From: Planctomycetota bacterium
GTDB taxonomy: Bacteria > Planctomycetota > UBA8108 > SXIK01
Assembly (NCBI GenBank): GCA_965223265.1
Contig: OZ244999.1
Coordinates: forward strand, 4,320,001-4,384,000
Length of the DNA: 64,000 nucleotides
Direction: 5' to 3'
Shown here piece after piece: positions 49,073 to 60,265 of the stretch (position 1 is the stretch's first letter; each line of letters starts with the position of its first letter). The notes under the pieces were generated by a model. It saw nothing but the letters and a program-made list of their open reading frames with translations. It was not told where the DNA came from and did no database searches. Made by a program: the position numbers and the translations under genes.

Positions 49073-50329
49073 ATGGACAACTCGAGGCAACCCGGACCGG
49101 AACCCCTTCGTCAAGTGACACCCAAACGACGCTTCTCGCTCATCTGTGTCTGCCACTTTGCTGTCGACGCCTATGCGTCGTTCTTCAGCCAGATCGCGGC
49201 GGTCGTCCGCATGGCGCCGGAAGCGCTCGGGCTCGCCGGCACGCTGTTTCAGTGTTCGCTGTCCTTCTCCCAGCTCGCCTTCGGCTTTCTCGCCGACCGC
49301 GGCCGCCCCTACCGGCACATCGTCTTCGGCATCTTCGCAGCCGGGACGTTTCTCAGCCTTGCCGCCGCCATCACGCACCAAACCTGGCTGTTCACGACCC
49401 TCCTCGTTCTTGGTGGACTCGGCATTGCATCATTTCATCCCGCGGGTGTCGTCATGGCAGCCGAGTCCTCACCTCACGGTCGAGCGGTCGGTGTCTCACT
49501 GTTCGTCATGGTCGGTACGATCGGATTCGCGCTGGCCCCCGTCGGTTTGGTGCGATTCATCGAAGCTTTCGGCCTCCAAAACGTGCCTTTCCTCGCCGTG
49601 CCTGCTGTGTTACTCGCTGCCGCCGTGTTTCTCCCCTTTCGCCGAGACACGTTGGCGCATATGAGCACCGCCGCACGTGAAGCCGACGTGCACTCGGACA
49701 CGAGAAGTGACGAAAAACTGTCGGCGCTGCGCACCCCGTGGATCGAGCATCGAGCCACGATCTTCTGCCTCTACGTTCTCGTTGTCGTCCGATCGGCGCT
49801 ACAAGTGTCGATCGGCATGTTCCTGCCGCGCCTCCTCGTTGAGTGGAACTACACCGACGGCCAAGCCGCATGGGGCTTTGCCCTCTTTTCGGCCGGCGGT
49901 GCCGTCGGCATGTTTACAGGGGGCATTCTGACAGCACGCGTCGATCGTCAAGCCTTGCAGCTCGTCTCGAGTCTCGTCGGCATCCCTGCAGCGCTGACGT
50001 TTCTGCTCCTGACTCCGCCGCTCCCGCTTCTCTACGCCCTCATCGCGATCGCAGGGTTCTTCATTTTGTTGACGAATTCGATGCACATCATCATGGGCCA
50101 GGAGCTGGCTCCCCAAAGCGCCCGCACCGTGTCGAGCCTCATGATGGGTGTCGGCTGGGGCGTCGGCGGCTTGGGACCGACGATCGTCGGCAACCTGGCA
50201 CCACAACTGGGAATTGCCGGCGCGCTCAGCGTCGTCGTCGGGGCTGCGCTCCTGACGCTGCCGATGACGCTCCTTCTGCCCAAGCGCCCCGTCGCCTCCG
50301 ACCACGCCGCTGCGGTAGAAACGTCGTGA
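49073..50329 (+). CDS. MFS transporter (FSR-like)
   Basis: HFAVDAY, QLAFGFLADR, GIASFHP, about 12 TM helices. Confidence 0.88.
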   Translation: MDNSRQPGPEPLRQVTPKRRFSLICVCHFAVDAYASFFSQIAAVVRMAPEALGLAGTLFQCSLSFSQLAFGFLADRGRPYRHIVFGIFAAGTFLSLAAAITHQTWLFTTLLVLGGLGIASFHPAGVVMAAESSPHGRAVGVSLFVMVGTIGFALAPVGLVRFIEAFGLQNVPFLAVPAVLLAAAVFLPFRRDTLAHMSTAAREADVHSDTRSDEKLSALRTPWIEHRATIFCLYVLVVVRSALQVSIGMFLPRLLVEWNYTDGQAAWGFALFSAGGAVGMFTGGILTARVDRQALQLVSSLVGIPAALTFLLLTPPLPLLYALIAIAGFFILLTNSMHIIMGQELAPQSARTVSSLMMGVGWGVGGLGPTIVGNLAPQLGIAGALSVVVGAALLTLPMTLLLPKRPVASDHAAAVETS

Positions 50330-50393
50330 CCCGCTGCATTGGACGAGAGGGGTGGTGAGCAAAAGTGCGCGCGGCGACTGGACGGAAGGGCGC

Positions 50394-52304
50394 TCAGAAA
50401 TCGAGGTCGTCGGCTTCTGCCGCACGCTCCATGACGAAACGGTAACGGGCGGAAGGGTCCTTTCCCATGAGCTCGTCTACGGCGCGGTCTGTCTCGATCT
50501 CGTCGACGACGAGGACCTTGAGTAGCTGCCTCGTGGCGCGGTCGAGGGTTGTCTGCTTGAGCTGGGTCGGTGACATCTCGCCAAGGCCCTTGAATCGCGT
50601 GATCGCATCGCTCCGCAGCCTACCCCCGGCTTCCTCAACGATACGCTCGCGTTCTTGATCATCCCAGGCCCAGTGAACGTCGCTTCCTTTTTCGATGCGG
50701 TAGAGGGGAGGCATTCCGAGATAGACATATCCGCCCCGCACCAGAGGCGTGAGATGGCGGTAGAAGAACGTCAGAAGCAGCGTCGCGATGTGATGCCCGT
50801 CGGAGTCCGCATCGGTCAGGATAACGATCTTGTGGTAGCGAAGCTTGCCAATGTCGAACGTCTTGCCGAAACCGCAGCCGAGCACCGAGACGAGATCGGA
50901 GATTTCCTTGTTGGCCATCACCTTGCTCAAGCTGGCCTGCTCGGTGTTGAGGACCTTACCGCGCAGCGGCAAGATCGCTTGCGTCTTACGGTCACGTCCT
51001 TGCTTCGCCGTGCCGCCGGCCGAATCGCCTTCCACGATAAAAAGTTCGCTCTCATACGGCTGCGTGCTCTCGCAGTCCGCCAGTTTGCCGGGAAGGTTCA
51101 ACCGGTGGGACACCGCGGTTTTGCGCGTCACCTGTTGAACCGCGGCGCGTGACGCGGCCCGGGCACGCGCCGCGAGAATCGCTCGCGCTACAATCGCCTG
51201 CGCCACCGTCGGATTCGAATGGAAGTATTTCTCCAGCGCCGAAGAGACGATCGCCGCCACTTGGGCCTGCACCTCCGGGTTGTTGAGCCGCTCTTTCGTC
51301 TGCCCTTGAAACTGCGGCTTCGTCAGGTAGACGGAGAGTATCGCCGTCAAGCCTTCTCGCACGTCCTCGGCCGTGACGGAGACACCCTTCGGGGAAAGGT
51401 CGTGGCTCTCCATATAGCTGCGCACCGCCTTGACGACGCCCGACTTGAGACCGAGTTCATGCGTTCCTCCCATCTGCGTCCGCACACCGTTGGCGTACGA
51501 ATGGATGAACTCCGCGGGTTCGTCGGTCCAGAGGAGCGCCACTTCGAGACGCGGATCCTCTTCGCGCGCTAGATAGAACGTGAAATCCTGCGTCGGCTGA
51601 TGCCGGCGCGACGCGACAATTTTGTTGAGGTACTCCTGAATCCCGTTTTCATACTTGAACGTGTGCGATTCGCCGCCAACGCGATCACGAAAGACGATGC
51701 GCAGACCCTTGTGGAGATAGGCCTTCGACTCAAGGACTTCACGAAGTTTCTTCGGGTCGAATTTCGTACGCGTGAAGATCTTAGGATCAGGCCTGAACCA
51801 GATCGACGTCCCGGTGCCGCGCGCCTTGCCTCGTTTCTTAACCGGTGCGGTCGGCTTGCCGCGGCGATAGCGCTGTGTATACTCGCCGCCGTCGCGGCGA
51901 ACTGTAGCGACGAGCTCGTCGGAAAGCGCGTTGACCACCGACGAACCGACGCCATGAAGGCCGCCCGAATGAATGTAGTTTCCGTCCTCGAACTTTCCGC
52001 CAGCGTGCAGCGTCGTCAGGATCGTCTCGAGCGCTGGCTTCTTCGTCTCGGGGTGTTTGTCAACCGGAATGCCGCGACCGTTGTCAGAGATCTCGATCCC
52101 TTCGGAGTCCTGATCGAGCTCGACCTCTACCGACGTCGCGTAGCCGTTGATCACTTCGTCGATCGAGTTGTCAAGGATCTCCCACACGAGATGATGCAGC
52201 CCCGCCGTGTCGACGCCGCCGATATACATCGCCGGTCGGCGCCGTACCGGTTCCAGTCCCTTGAGGACGCTGATGTTCTTCGCTGTATACTTCGTTGCAG
52301 CCAA
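50394..52304 (-). CDS. parE: Type IIA topoisomerase B subunit (topoisomerase IV-like)
   Basis: EILDNSIDE, DNGRGIP, GGLHGVG, EGDSAGG, PLRGK, DADSDG, RFKGLGEM. TTG start with GAGGAG RBS. Confidence 0.85.
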   Translation of the reverse strand: MAATKYTAKNISVLKGLEPVRRRPAMYIGGVDTAGLHHLVWEILDNSIDEVINGYATSVEVELDQDSEGIEISDNGRGIPVDKHPETKKPALETILTTLHAGGKFEDGNYIHSGGLHGVGSSVVNALSDELVATVRRDGGEYTQRYRRGKPTAPVKKRGKARGTGTSIWFRPDPKIFTRTKFDPKKLREVLESKAYLHKGLRIVFRDRVGGESHTFKYENGIQEYLNKIVASRRHQPTQDFTFYLAREEDPRLEVALLWTDEPAEFIHSYANGVRTQMGGTHELGLKSGVVKAVRSYMESHDLSPKGVSVTAEDVREGLTAILSVYLTKPQFQGQTKERLNNPEVQAQVAAIVSSALEKYFHSNPTVAQAIVARAILAARARAASRAAVQQVTRKTAVSHRLNLPGKLADCESTQPYESELFIVEGDSAGGTAKQGRDRKTQAILPLRGKVLNTEQASLSKVMANKEISDLVSVLGCGFGKTFDIGKLRYHKIVILTDADSDGHHIATLLLTFFYRHLTPLVRGGYVYLGMPPLYRIEKGSDVHWAWDDQERERIVEEAGGRLRSDAITRFKGLGEMSPTQLKQTTLDRATRQLLKVLVVDEIETDRAVDELMGKDPSARYRFVMERAAEADDLDF

Positions 52305-52317
52305 TTCAAGAGACTCC

Positions 52318-54765
52318 TCAACGCCTACCATTGTTGCTGCGACTACTCCGCCCGTTACTGCCCCCGTTGTCGTTACCGCCGAGATCCGGCGGGTCAAGAC
52401 GCGGCGGTTCGACACGTGACAGCCCGCCGCGCTTAATCACCTCCACGCCCTTGCCGCCGCGGCTCGTGACGCGGTACGAGCGCGGCGTGACGTCAACTTT
52501 CCGTCCACCGGTGGTGTAGACGCGGAGTCCTTCACTCTTCTGTGTGCTCACGGCGGTCCCCAGCACACGGTCATTCTTGCCGAGCTTGATCGCTATGACC
52601 CCTCGGCCCGGACCAGTGAGGTAGTTAATGTCGCGGGAGGGGAAGAGAATCACTCGACCACTCTTGGAGGCGACGACGATGTTCTCGCCTCCGGTCAGCA
52701 CGTGGAATCCGACGATCTCTTCACCTGGCTTGAGTCGCGCGAATTTGCGTCCGGCGCGCGTTGACGGTTCTCCGAAAGCGTAGAGCGGACAACGCAAAGC
52801 GTAGCCACTCGAACTCACGGCCAGGCCCAACGTCGTCGGCGGTTTGCTCGACGTCGACTCGGCGCTGCCGATCTTTTTGAGAAAACGGGGATCGTACGAC
52901 AGCGCAGCGATGACGCGCTCGCCATCGCGAAACTTGAAGAAGCGCTGCACAGGCTCGCCGTAGCCGCGCGACGCGGGGATCTCATTGAGTCGAATGCTGT
53001 ACGCTGAACCGAGGTTGGAAAAAAACGTCACCACCGAGCGAGTATTCCCGCCGACGATCGCCAAGAGCTCGTCGTCCGGTCGCACGCGAACCTTCGAAAC
53101 ATCGCCAATGCGCCCTGCGCGCTTGACCCAGCCGTCGCGCGACAAGAGAACGTAAGCGTCTTCGTCGACGATGAAATCCTCCTCGTCGTACTCCACCTCC
53201 TCGAGACCGCGAGCACCCACGCGCGTGCGACGCCGATCACCATACTCCTCGCGCACCGCTTTGAGCTCCCGACGCACTACAGTCCAAAGACGCCGTGGAC
53301 TCGCAAGGATCGCCTTGATTTCCCTGACAGCAGCCTTCTTCTCACGCAGCTCGTCGAGAATCGCGCGGATCTCCAGCTTTGCCAGCTTGTAGAGGCGCAG
53401 ATCAAGGATGGCAGTCGTCTGCACCTCGTCCAGCTTGAAGCGTTTCATCAGTTTTTCGGCCGCGTCCTTGCGGCCGTCAGAGCGGCGGATGATGCGAATC
53501 GCCTCGTCGAGCGCATCGAAGACCTTTTTGAATCCGAGCAGGATGTGAATCCGCTCCTCCAAGAGTCGCAGCTCATGGCGGTACCGCCGCTCAACGACCT
53601 CATAGCGAAAATCGATGAAATGCGATAGGAGCGATCGCAGATCGACTTTCGCGGGTCCGGAAACGCGAGAGTCAGGGTCCGGAACGAGGCACGTGAGGTT
53701 GACGTTAAAGTTGTTCTGCAGCTGCGTGTGCTTGTAGAGGTACGCCATGACGACGTTAGGATCAGCATCCTTTTTGAGTTCGAGCACGACGCGGACATCC
53801 GTGGTCGATTCGTCACGAACGTCCACGAGTTGCGGCACCTTGCGCTGGTAGACGAGCTCGCCAATCGCCTTGACGAGTGCGCTTTTTTGCACCATGTAGG
53901 GAATCGATGTGACGACGATCCGGGTGCCGGTTTTCTTGTCGCGTTCGACGCTGAACTCACCTCGGACGCGAACCGCGCCCTGTCCCTCCTCGTAAATCGC
54001 GCGCAGCTCGGCTCGCGAGTTCAAAATCTCGCCACCCGTCGGGAAATCAGGTCCTTTGACGTACTTGACGAGATCCTTGACTGTCAGGCTACGTTTCTGA
54101 ATCAGAGCCTCACAGGCCTCAGTCACCTCGGCGAGATTGTGCGGCGGAATGTTCGTCGCCATGCCGACCGCGATCCCCGTCGTGCCGTTGACGAGGAGCT
54201 GCGGAACTCGCGCCGGCAGCACCACCGGCTCATTGGTCTTGCCGTCATAGTTCGGCCGGAAGTCGACCGTTTCCTTGCCGATGTCACTCAGGAGCTCCAT
54301 GGAGACGGACTGCAGACGTGCCTCGGTGTAGCGGTAAGCTGCAGCGCTATCGCCGTCGAGGGAGCCAAAGTTTCCCTGCCCGAAGACGAGTGGATAGCGC
54401 AGCGAGAAGTCCTGCGCCATACGCACGAGTGCATCGTAGACGGCCGTGTCGCCATGCGGGTGGTACTTGCCGAGAACGTCGCCGACGATGCGGGCACACT
54501 TGAGAGGTTTGGCGTTCGGCCCGAGGTGCAGATCGTTCTGCATCGTGTAAAGAATACGCCGCTGCACCGGCTTCAGTCCGTCACGCACGTCGGGTAGAGC
54601 GCGCGACGTGATGACCGAAAGCGCGTAGTTCAGATAGCGCCGGCGCGTCGCCGTGTGAAACGGGACTTCTTGGATGCGAAGGGTCTCGTCGATCTCACCG
54701 TGCGACTGACTGGACTTACGCCGCGAACGTCGCGCGCCCGTCGAACGGCGGGGAGATTTCGCCAT
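52318..54765 (-). CDS. parC: Type IIA topoisomerase A subunit (topoisomerase IV-like)
   Basis: [21 protein letters not shown], catalytic AAYRYTEAR. No GyrA-box at the start of the CTD. Confidence 0.85.
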   Translation of the reverse strand: MAKSPRRSTGARRSRRKSSQSHGEIDETLRIQEVPFHTATRRRYLNYALSVITSRALPDVRDGLKPVQRRILYTMQNDLHLGPNAKPLKCARIVGDVLGKYHPHGDTAVYDALVRMAQDFSLRYPLVFGQGNFGSLDGDSAAAYRYTEARLQSVSMELLSDIGKETVDFRPNYDGKTNEPVVLPARVPQLLVNGTTGIAVGMATNIPPHNLAEVTEACEALIQKRSLTVKDLVKYVKGPDFPTGGEILNSRAELRAIYEEGQGAVRVRGEFSVERDKKTGTRIVVTSIPYMVQKSALVKAIGELVYQRKVPQLVDVRDESTTDVRVVLELKKDADPNVVMAYLYKHTQLQNNFNVNLTCLVPDPDSRVSGPAKVDLRSLLSHFIDFRYEVVERRYRHELRLLEERIHILLGFKKVFDALDEAIRIIRRSDGRKDAAEKLMKRFKLDEVQTTAILDLRLYKLAKLEIRAILDELREKKAAVREIKAILASPRRLWTVVRRELKAVREEYGDRRRTRVGARGLEEVEYDEEDFIVDEDAYVLLSRDGWVKRAGRIGDVSKVRVRPDDELLAIVGGNTRSVVTFFSNLGSAYSIRLNEIPASRGYGEPVQRFFKFRDGERVIAALSYDPRFLKKIGSAESTSSKPPTTLGLAVSSSGYALRCPLYAFGEPSTRAGRKFARLKPGEEIVGFHVLTGGENIVVASKSGRVILFPSRDINYLTGPGRGVIAIKLGKNDRVLGTAVSTQKSEGLRVYTTGGRKVDVTPRSYRVTSRGGKGVEVIKRGGLSRVEPPRLDPPDLGGNDNGGSNGRSSRSNNGRR

Positions 54766-55507
54766 GTCTTCTTTCCTTCACGCTGCTGCGATCCACTTGG
54801 AAGAAACGTTTCGCTCGAACAAACCGTTGAGACACGTTCGCGTCCAGAACCCAAGGCGGTCGCTCGTTTCGAAGCCGTCGCGCTCTGGCGCTCACTGGGT
54901 CAAATGCCAGCGATCAACTCGTGGGAGGCTCTCAGACGCGCACTCTTGCGAGCTCAAACAAAGAGCGAACCTGCGGCGGCCGAGCCAAACCCAGCAAGCG
55001 GCGTAGACGGCACCGCGACTCGGGAGGACGAACAACACGCCGCCACACCCAACCCGTTCTTCGCAAGCGAAATCTCTTCTTCCTACTTTTCTTGGACCAG
55101 AATCTTCTATTAGCACCAGCTACGTGACGGTCACGGTGACTGCGACGCGACTGTGACACTCACGTCGACCGACCCGGGCACCCGGCCCGCCGCGATCGCG
55201 AGGCTCCTCTATCGAACGGTACGTCCTCACCGGTGCTACCAGAGCGAGTGAGTCTACCGGCCGTCGAGAACGAATGCAACTTCCCGCAGCGCCTGAACGC
55301 GAGGTCGGCTCGAGCGCGAACCCGTCACCCACTTCACCGCGTCTCTCTGCTATAGTGGAGCGTACGAGCCCGGAACAACGGGCCTCGCCACGGCAACGCG
55401 TTGGGCTCTTGGGTCTCGAGCTCGTACGCCGCCGCGGTCCCACTTCACGCTCACCTTTCGTGCACCCCAGTTGCTCCCTAGAAGCTCTCCACAAGGAAGA
55501 CGATGAC

Positions 55508-57973
55508 ATGGCATCCGTAAACGAAAAAAGAGACTTCTTCAGCTTCGTTCTTCTTTTCGCCGCGCAGCTGTGTGCATCGCCCCAACTGCCGGCACAGACG
55601 CCGGCGGAAGCATTCGAGATCGGCGCGCACAATGTCGACGCACTGCCCCTCGGCAAAGAGGCGGACGGGATCATCGGCGACTTCGTTCTACGTAACGCGC
55701 ATATCGAAGCGCTTGTCGGCGGCAACCTCCCACTGCGCCGGGCCAACATGAGCACGGACTACAAAGCGCCGACGCCTGGGTGCCTCTACGATCTCGCCGT
55801 CCGCGGTACAAAAAACGATCAGCTCACCAAGTTCGCCCCCGGTCAACAGCTCGGCTCCGTCTCCAGCGTTGGTGTGCAGCAAGCCGGAGGTGAAGAGGCG
55901 GCGATCGTCATGGTACACCGCTCTCGTGCCCGAGGTGACGGGCACGAGGTACGGCACCTCTACTGGTTGGAGCCAGACTGGCGCTACCTGCAGGTGGTGT
56001 CGGTTTACACGAACCATGCGGACACGGAATGGGAGCTCGACCCGTCCCCAGCTGTGAAGGGACTCGGTCCAGTCACGACGCATGCCGGCGTCTCGGTTGC
56101 CGACGCCATGAATCCATCGGACCGTCAAGCCTACGCGTGGGCGGCGCTCGAACTCCAGTCGAGCTCACCTGTCGCTCTCGAGAAGCGCAAGCTCAAGCCA
56201 GGCGAGCAGGCCTCCTACGCGATCATCTTGGCACCGGGTCACTCGCCCGCTGAGGCTTATTCGACCGTCTTGGCACGGCAGAACGAGACCGGCCAACTGC
56301 GTGCCGACGTTCGCCACGGCAACGAGCCCGTCGCCAGCGCGGCGCTGCGCATTGAGCTTGCCGACGGCGTTTGGCTCCCGGCTTACCCCCATGCCGACGG
56401 CTCTCTCGAGTGCTCCCTGGCGCCAGGAACCTACCGCTACGAGACGCAGGATCTCGGTCGGCCGACGGTAAAGGGTGAGTTCAGCATCAGCGCTGGCGAG
56501 ACGACGACACTTGCAGTCGAGCTGGAGGCGGCCGCTCGCATCACGCTCGACGTCTCAGGCGTCGATGCCGACGCCTCACGACCGTTTCCTTGCAAAGCAC
56601 AGTTCATCGGCATCGCAGGCACTCCGAATCCCCACTTCGGTGTCGATATCCAGGCCCGCGGCTGTAGAAACCAGTACCACTCGGAAGTCGGAGAGTTTTC
56701 CGTCCAAATCCCTCCTGGCGATTACCTCGTCACGGTCACGCGCGGCATCGAGTACTCCCATTTCACGCAGCTGGCGGTCGTCAAGCCAGGAGAGACGACG
56801 CTGGTGAGCGGCCGTCTACGGCGTTTGGTCCAGACGCGTGGATGGGTGTCGACCGATTTCCACAACCACTCGACGCCGAGTGGCGACAACTACTGCGGCA
56901 CGGACGACCGCGTGATCAACCTCGCGGCCGAGCACATCGAGTTCGCCCCGACCACCGAGCACAACCGTCTCTACGACTGGCAGCCACACATCGACGCACT
57001 CGGACTCTCCTCCGAAATGAGCACAGTCGTCGGGCTCGAGCTCACCGGACCGAATGCACACTTCAATAGTTTCCCCTTCAAAGTCCATCCCTGGCTGCAA
57101 GACGGCGGTGCACCGGTGTGGCAACACGACCCTCGCCTCAACGCGATCGTTCTGCGCGACTATCAAGAGCGCGATCCAAATCGCTACGTGCAAATCAACC
57201 ATCCAAACGTCGGCGCGTTCTTCCGTGACCGCGATCGCGACGGCGTCGCCGACGGCGGCTACGTCGGGCTCGAGAACCTCATCGACGCCGCGGAAGTTTG
57301 GTCGACTGAGATCGTCAACCCGGAGCCGCGCGCCAACGGCCGCGCCAACCGTACGTTTCAATGGCTACAGCTCCTCAACCAAGGGCGCTACATGTACTGC
57401 GTGGCCGTCTCCGACGCCCACAGCGTCTTCGGCAATGGGGTTGGAGGCTGGCGCACCTACGTCCCGAGCTCGACGGACGACCCGAGCCAGATCGACTACA
57501 TAGAGATCGTCCGCCACGCCAAGAGTGGTCGCACGTTCATGACGAACGGCCCCTTCCTTGAAGTGAGCACCGACAACGGCACGCTCCCCGGTGGCCACAC
57601 GATCGCGAACGGATCGATCGATCTCGACGTCCGCGTCCAGTGCACCGACTGGATCGACATCGACCGTGTCCAGATTCTCGTCAACGGTCGCCAGCCGCAA
57701 GAGCTCAACTTCCGTCGTAGCACGCACGAAGAGTGGTTCACTGATGGCGTGGTCAAGTTCGAGCGTCGCATCACCGTGCCGCTCGGTCAGGACGCCCACA
57801 TCATCGTCGCCGCCATTGGCGAAGGGTTCAATCTCAAGACCGGCTACGGCGAGTCTTGGCAGTCACAGATGCACCCGGTTGCGTTCACCAACCCGATCTT
57901 CGTGGACGTTAGCGGCGACGGCTTTCGTGCCAACGGCGACAACCTCGGTCACCCTCTCCCGCTCGGGAAATAG
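55508..57973 (+). CDS. Secreted PHP-like (CehA/McbA-type) metallohydrolase with Ig-like domains
   Basis: DFHNHS, TEHN, HFN, INHP, VSDAH, TNGP, TNPIFVD. Signal peptide. TGnTATAGT at 55348-55356 upstream. Confidence 0.85.
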   Translation: MASVNEKRDFFSFVLLFAAQLCASPQLPAQTPAEAFEIGAHNVDALPLGKEADGIIGDFVLRNAHIEALVGGNLPLRRANMSTDYKAPTPGCLYDLAVRGTKNDQLTKFAPGQQLGSVSSVGVQQAGGEEAAIVMVHRSRARGDGHEVRHLYWLEPDWRYLQVVSVYTNHADTEWELDPSPAVKGLGPVTTHAGVSVADAMNPSDRQAYAWAALELQSSSPVALEKRKLKPGEQASYAIILAPGHSPAEAYSTVLARQNETGQLRADVRHGNEPVASAALRIELADGVWLPAYPHADGSLECSLAPGTYRYETQDLGRPTVKGEFSISAGETTTLAVELEAAARITLDVSGVDADASRPFPCKAQFIGIAGTPNPHFGVDIQARGCRNQYHSEVGEFSVQIPPGDYLVTVTRGIEYSHFTQLAVVKPGETTLVSGRLRRLVQTRGWVSTDFHNHSTPSGDNYCGTDDRVINLAAEHIEFAPTTEHNRLYDWQPHIDALGLSSEMSTVVGLELTGPNAHFNSFPFKVHPWLQDGGAPVWQHDPRLNAIVLRDYQERDPNRYVQINHPNVGAFFRDRDRDGVADGGYVGLENLIDAAEVWSTEIVNPEPRANGRANRTFQWLQLLNQGRYMYCVAVSDAHSVFGNGVGGWRTYVPSSTDDPSQIDYIEIVRHAKSGRTFMTNGPFLEVSTDNGTLPGGHTIANGSIDLDVRVQCTDWIDIDRVQILVNGRQPQELNFRRSTHEEWFTDGVVKFERRITVPLGQDAHIIVAAIGEGFNLKTGYGESWQSQMHPVAFTNPIFVDVSGDGFRANGDNLGHPLPLGK

Positions 57974-58006
57974 GTGAGCCCCCGACCGACCTCATCAATC
58001 GCCGGG

Positions 58007-59812
58007 CTACGGCGACGGGCTGGCTCCAATGCCGCCCACGTGCGGGCGTAACGGCACGTGCTTCCGCTCGACGAGTTCCTTGCGGTAGATCGGGACGGTC
58101 CGCACTTGCGAAGTCTCGGATGAGTTGTCCATCTCAAGCACCACCGTCCCGACCAAGCCCACGCCTTCGTAGTAATAGTCTTTGGTCCAGCGGTTGCCTT
58201 CGGGTGTCTCGACCAGCAGGCAGCGCTTGTATTTCTCGCTGAATTCCTCCGGAGCGCGGTAGATCTTCTGGTGCCCATCGACGACGACGAAGTCCTTGCC
58301 ATCGAAGCTTCTCGGCAAACGCAAATGGACGGTCTCCTCCGCTCGCGTCAGGGTGCCAGTCTCAGGGTCAAGAGTCGTGAACTTCTGTATCAGCTCGTTC
58401 TTCTGCGGATCGACGATCCAGCGCACCTCGCGTCCGTCTTGATCGATGACGACGTACTCTCCAGGGTTCGGTTCGTCGACGATGTGGTACGTAAACCGCT
58501 TGTCGCTGCCAACCGAGGTTCGGTAGACAAGCTCTTCACCGGTCTTAAATTTTAGAAATGTTTCAATGCGAAGCGGCGCTGCGAACGGTTCGAGCGTTGC
58601 ATCGGTCTGCGTGTCACTTGCCTGAGCACCACCTCGGTGGAGAAGCTTTTCCACTTGGTCGATCCACCCGCGAAGCGTCTCGGCCCCGGAGAAAAGCGCC
58701 GCGCCAAACAGCAGAACCAGAACAACGAGAGCGGCGCTGACTCGCCGCAACCAGCGCCGCGGGCGTTTACGCCGCTGACTCGGTTCGATGTACGTCGGTG
58801 TGTATTCGGGCAACTCATTGACAGCCGCAAGGAAGTCGTCCGCGGTTTGGAAGCGCTTCTCGCGTGGCTCCTGGATGGCAGTTTCGACGATTTCGTAGAC
58901 CCCGGACGGCACAGCGTGCGTCCTCACCGGAGTGTCGCCGCGCCGCACCGCCGCCGCGTCGTCTTGACCGCCGCCGCCCGGCACGTCGCCGTAGAGCATT
59001 TCATGAAGAATCACGCCGATCGAATAGAGATCCGACCTACCGTCGAGGTGGTCTGAACCCTTGGCCTGTTCGGGCGACATGTAGCGCGGCGTCCCAACGA
59101 TGCCGCCTCGGGTGAGATCGGCCGACGGCTCGTCGGTGACACTCTTCGCTAGGCCAAAGTCCCCCACTTTCACGAAATCGCGCCCATCGGGGGCACGCTC
59201 CAGGAAAATGTTCTCTGGCTTCAGATCGCGATGGATGATGCCGCGCGAGTGCGCCTGCTGCATGACGAGCAGAATCTGCTGCACGATGTGAAGCGCACGG
59301 TTGACGGTGAGAAAACGCTCGCGCTTGAGCACATCCTTCAGCGGCTCGCCCTCACAGTAGTCCATCGTGAAAAAGAGGTCGCCGCTCTCAGTCTGGCCAA
59401 ACTCGCGAATCTGAATCGTGTTTTCGTGGACCAGGGACATAGCGAGGCCGGCTTCACGCAGAAACCGCAGACGAAACTGCTTGTCCTGACTCAGGGTCGG
59501 ATGCAGCTGCTTGAGCGCAAAAACGTTGGCGCCCTCGAACAGTAAGTGACGCACCTTGTAGACCACCCCGAAACCGCCCTCGCCAAGGACGGAGAGTACA
59601 CGGTATTTACCGTTGATGACTCTGCCGACCAGCTGATCCTCGATGACCGGCAGCTCCTCAGCAGCATGCGTCTGGCGAAAGCTGAAACCGCAGCGAATGC
59701 AGAATTCTGCGTTCGACCCGTTCTTTGACTTACACCGCGGACAGAGGAGTCCGTCGGGCCCGCTGATCGGACGCGGCGAAGTCAGTTTGACATCTGACGG
59801 CTTGCGCACCAA
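58007..59812 (-). CDS. Membrane Ser/Thr protein kinase with N-terminal zinc ribbon
   Basis: CPRC...FCIRCG, LGEGGFGVVY, HRDLKPEN, DFG, GTPRYMSPEQ, TM helix, extracytoplasmic domain. GGAGG upstream of TTG/GTG. Confidence 0.92.
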   Translation of the reverse strand: MVRKPSDVKLTSPRPISGPDGLLCPRCKSKNGSNAEFCIRCGFSFRQTHAAEELPVIEDQLVGRVINGKYRVLSVLGEGGFGVVYKVRHLLFEGANVFALKQLHPTLSQDKQFRLRFLREAGLAMSLVHENTIQIREFGQTESGDLFFTMDYCEGEPLKDVLKRERFLTVNRALHIVQQILLVMQQAHSRGIIHRDLKPENIFLERAPDGRDFVKVGDFGLAKSVTDEPSADLTRGGIVGTPRYMSPEQAKGSDHLDGRSDLYSIGVILHEMLYGDVPGGGGQDDAAAVRRGDTPVRTHAVPSGVYEIVETAIQEPREKRFQTADDFLAAVNELPEYTPTYIEPSQRRKRPRRWLRRVSAALVVLVLLFGAALFSGAETLRGWIDQVEKLLHRGGAQASDTQTDATLEPFAAPLRIETFLKFKTGEELVYRTSVGSDKRFTYHIVDEPNPGEYVVIDQDGREVRWIVDPQKNELIQKFTTLDPETGTLTRAEETVHLRLPRSFDGKDFVVVDGHQKIYRAPEEFSEKYKRCLLVETPEGNRWTKDYYYEGVGLVGTVVLEMDNSSETSQVRTVPIYRKELVERKHVPLRPHVGGIGASPSP

Positions 59813-60265
59813 ACGTTTCGTTCCTCCAAGCAGCGCTGCAGCTTCTTGCGGCTCCCGGCGTCGAGGCGCAGGAGCCGAATGCGAACCGCAGATCAACTCT
59901 CAGCCAAAGAGACGCGTCGCGAAAGAAAAAACCCCTACGCGACGAAGAGTCGTTGGCGTGGAGAACGTGCTAACAAATGGTTGAAGAGAAGTGCGACGTG
60001 CGGCGACGCTCCCGGTCCCCTGCCAGGCGAGAGTCGGCCTGCCCCTCACCAAAGCCGCTCGACGCTCGTGAGTTATCGGATCGTAGTCGTCCCACCCGGC
60101 TTTGCAAAGGGAAAAGTAGGGGGCGCCCCTCCCGGCCGCTGCGATCGGGGATCACAGGCGCAGACCATGCCTCGAGTTACGTCTTGTTCGGGAGCACGAC
60201 CCCGGTTCGACCCGCGGTATCGCCGTACCTTTCGAGCCGTCGTGACGGACTCCAAGGGCCGTTCG

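Noticed and set aside
52305-52415. Extended N-terminus of ParE
   Set aside because: It overlaps the ParC 3' end. TTG 52304 has an RBS and matches the usual start (KYTAKNISVLKGLE).
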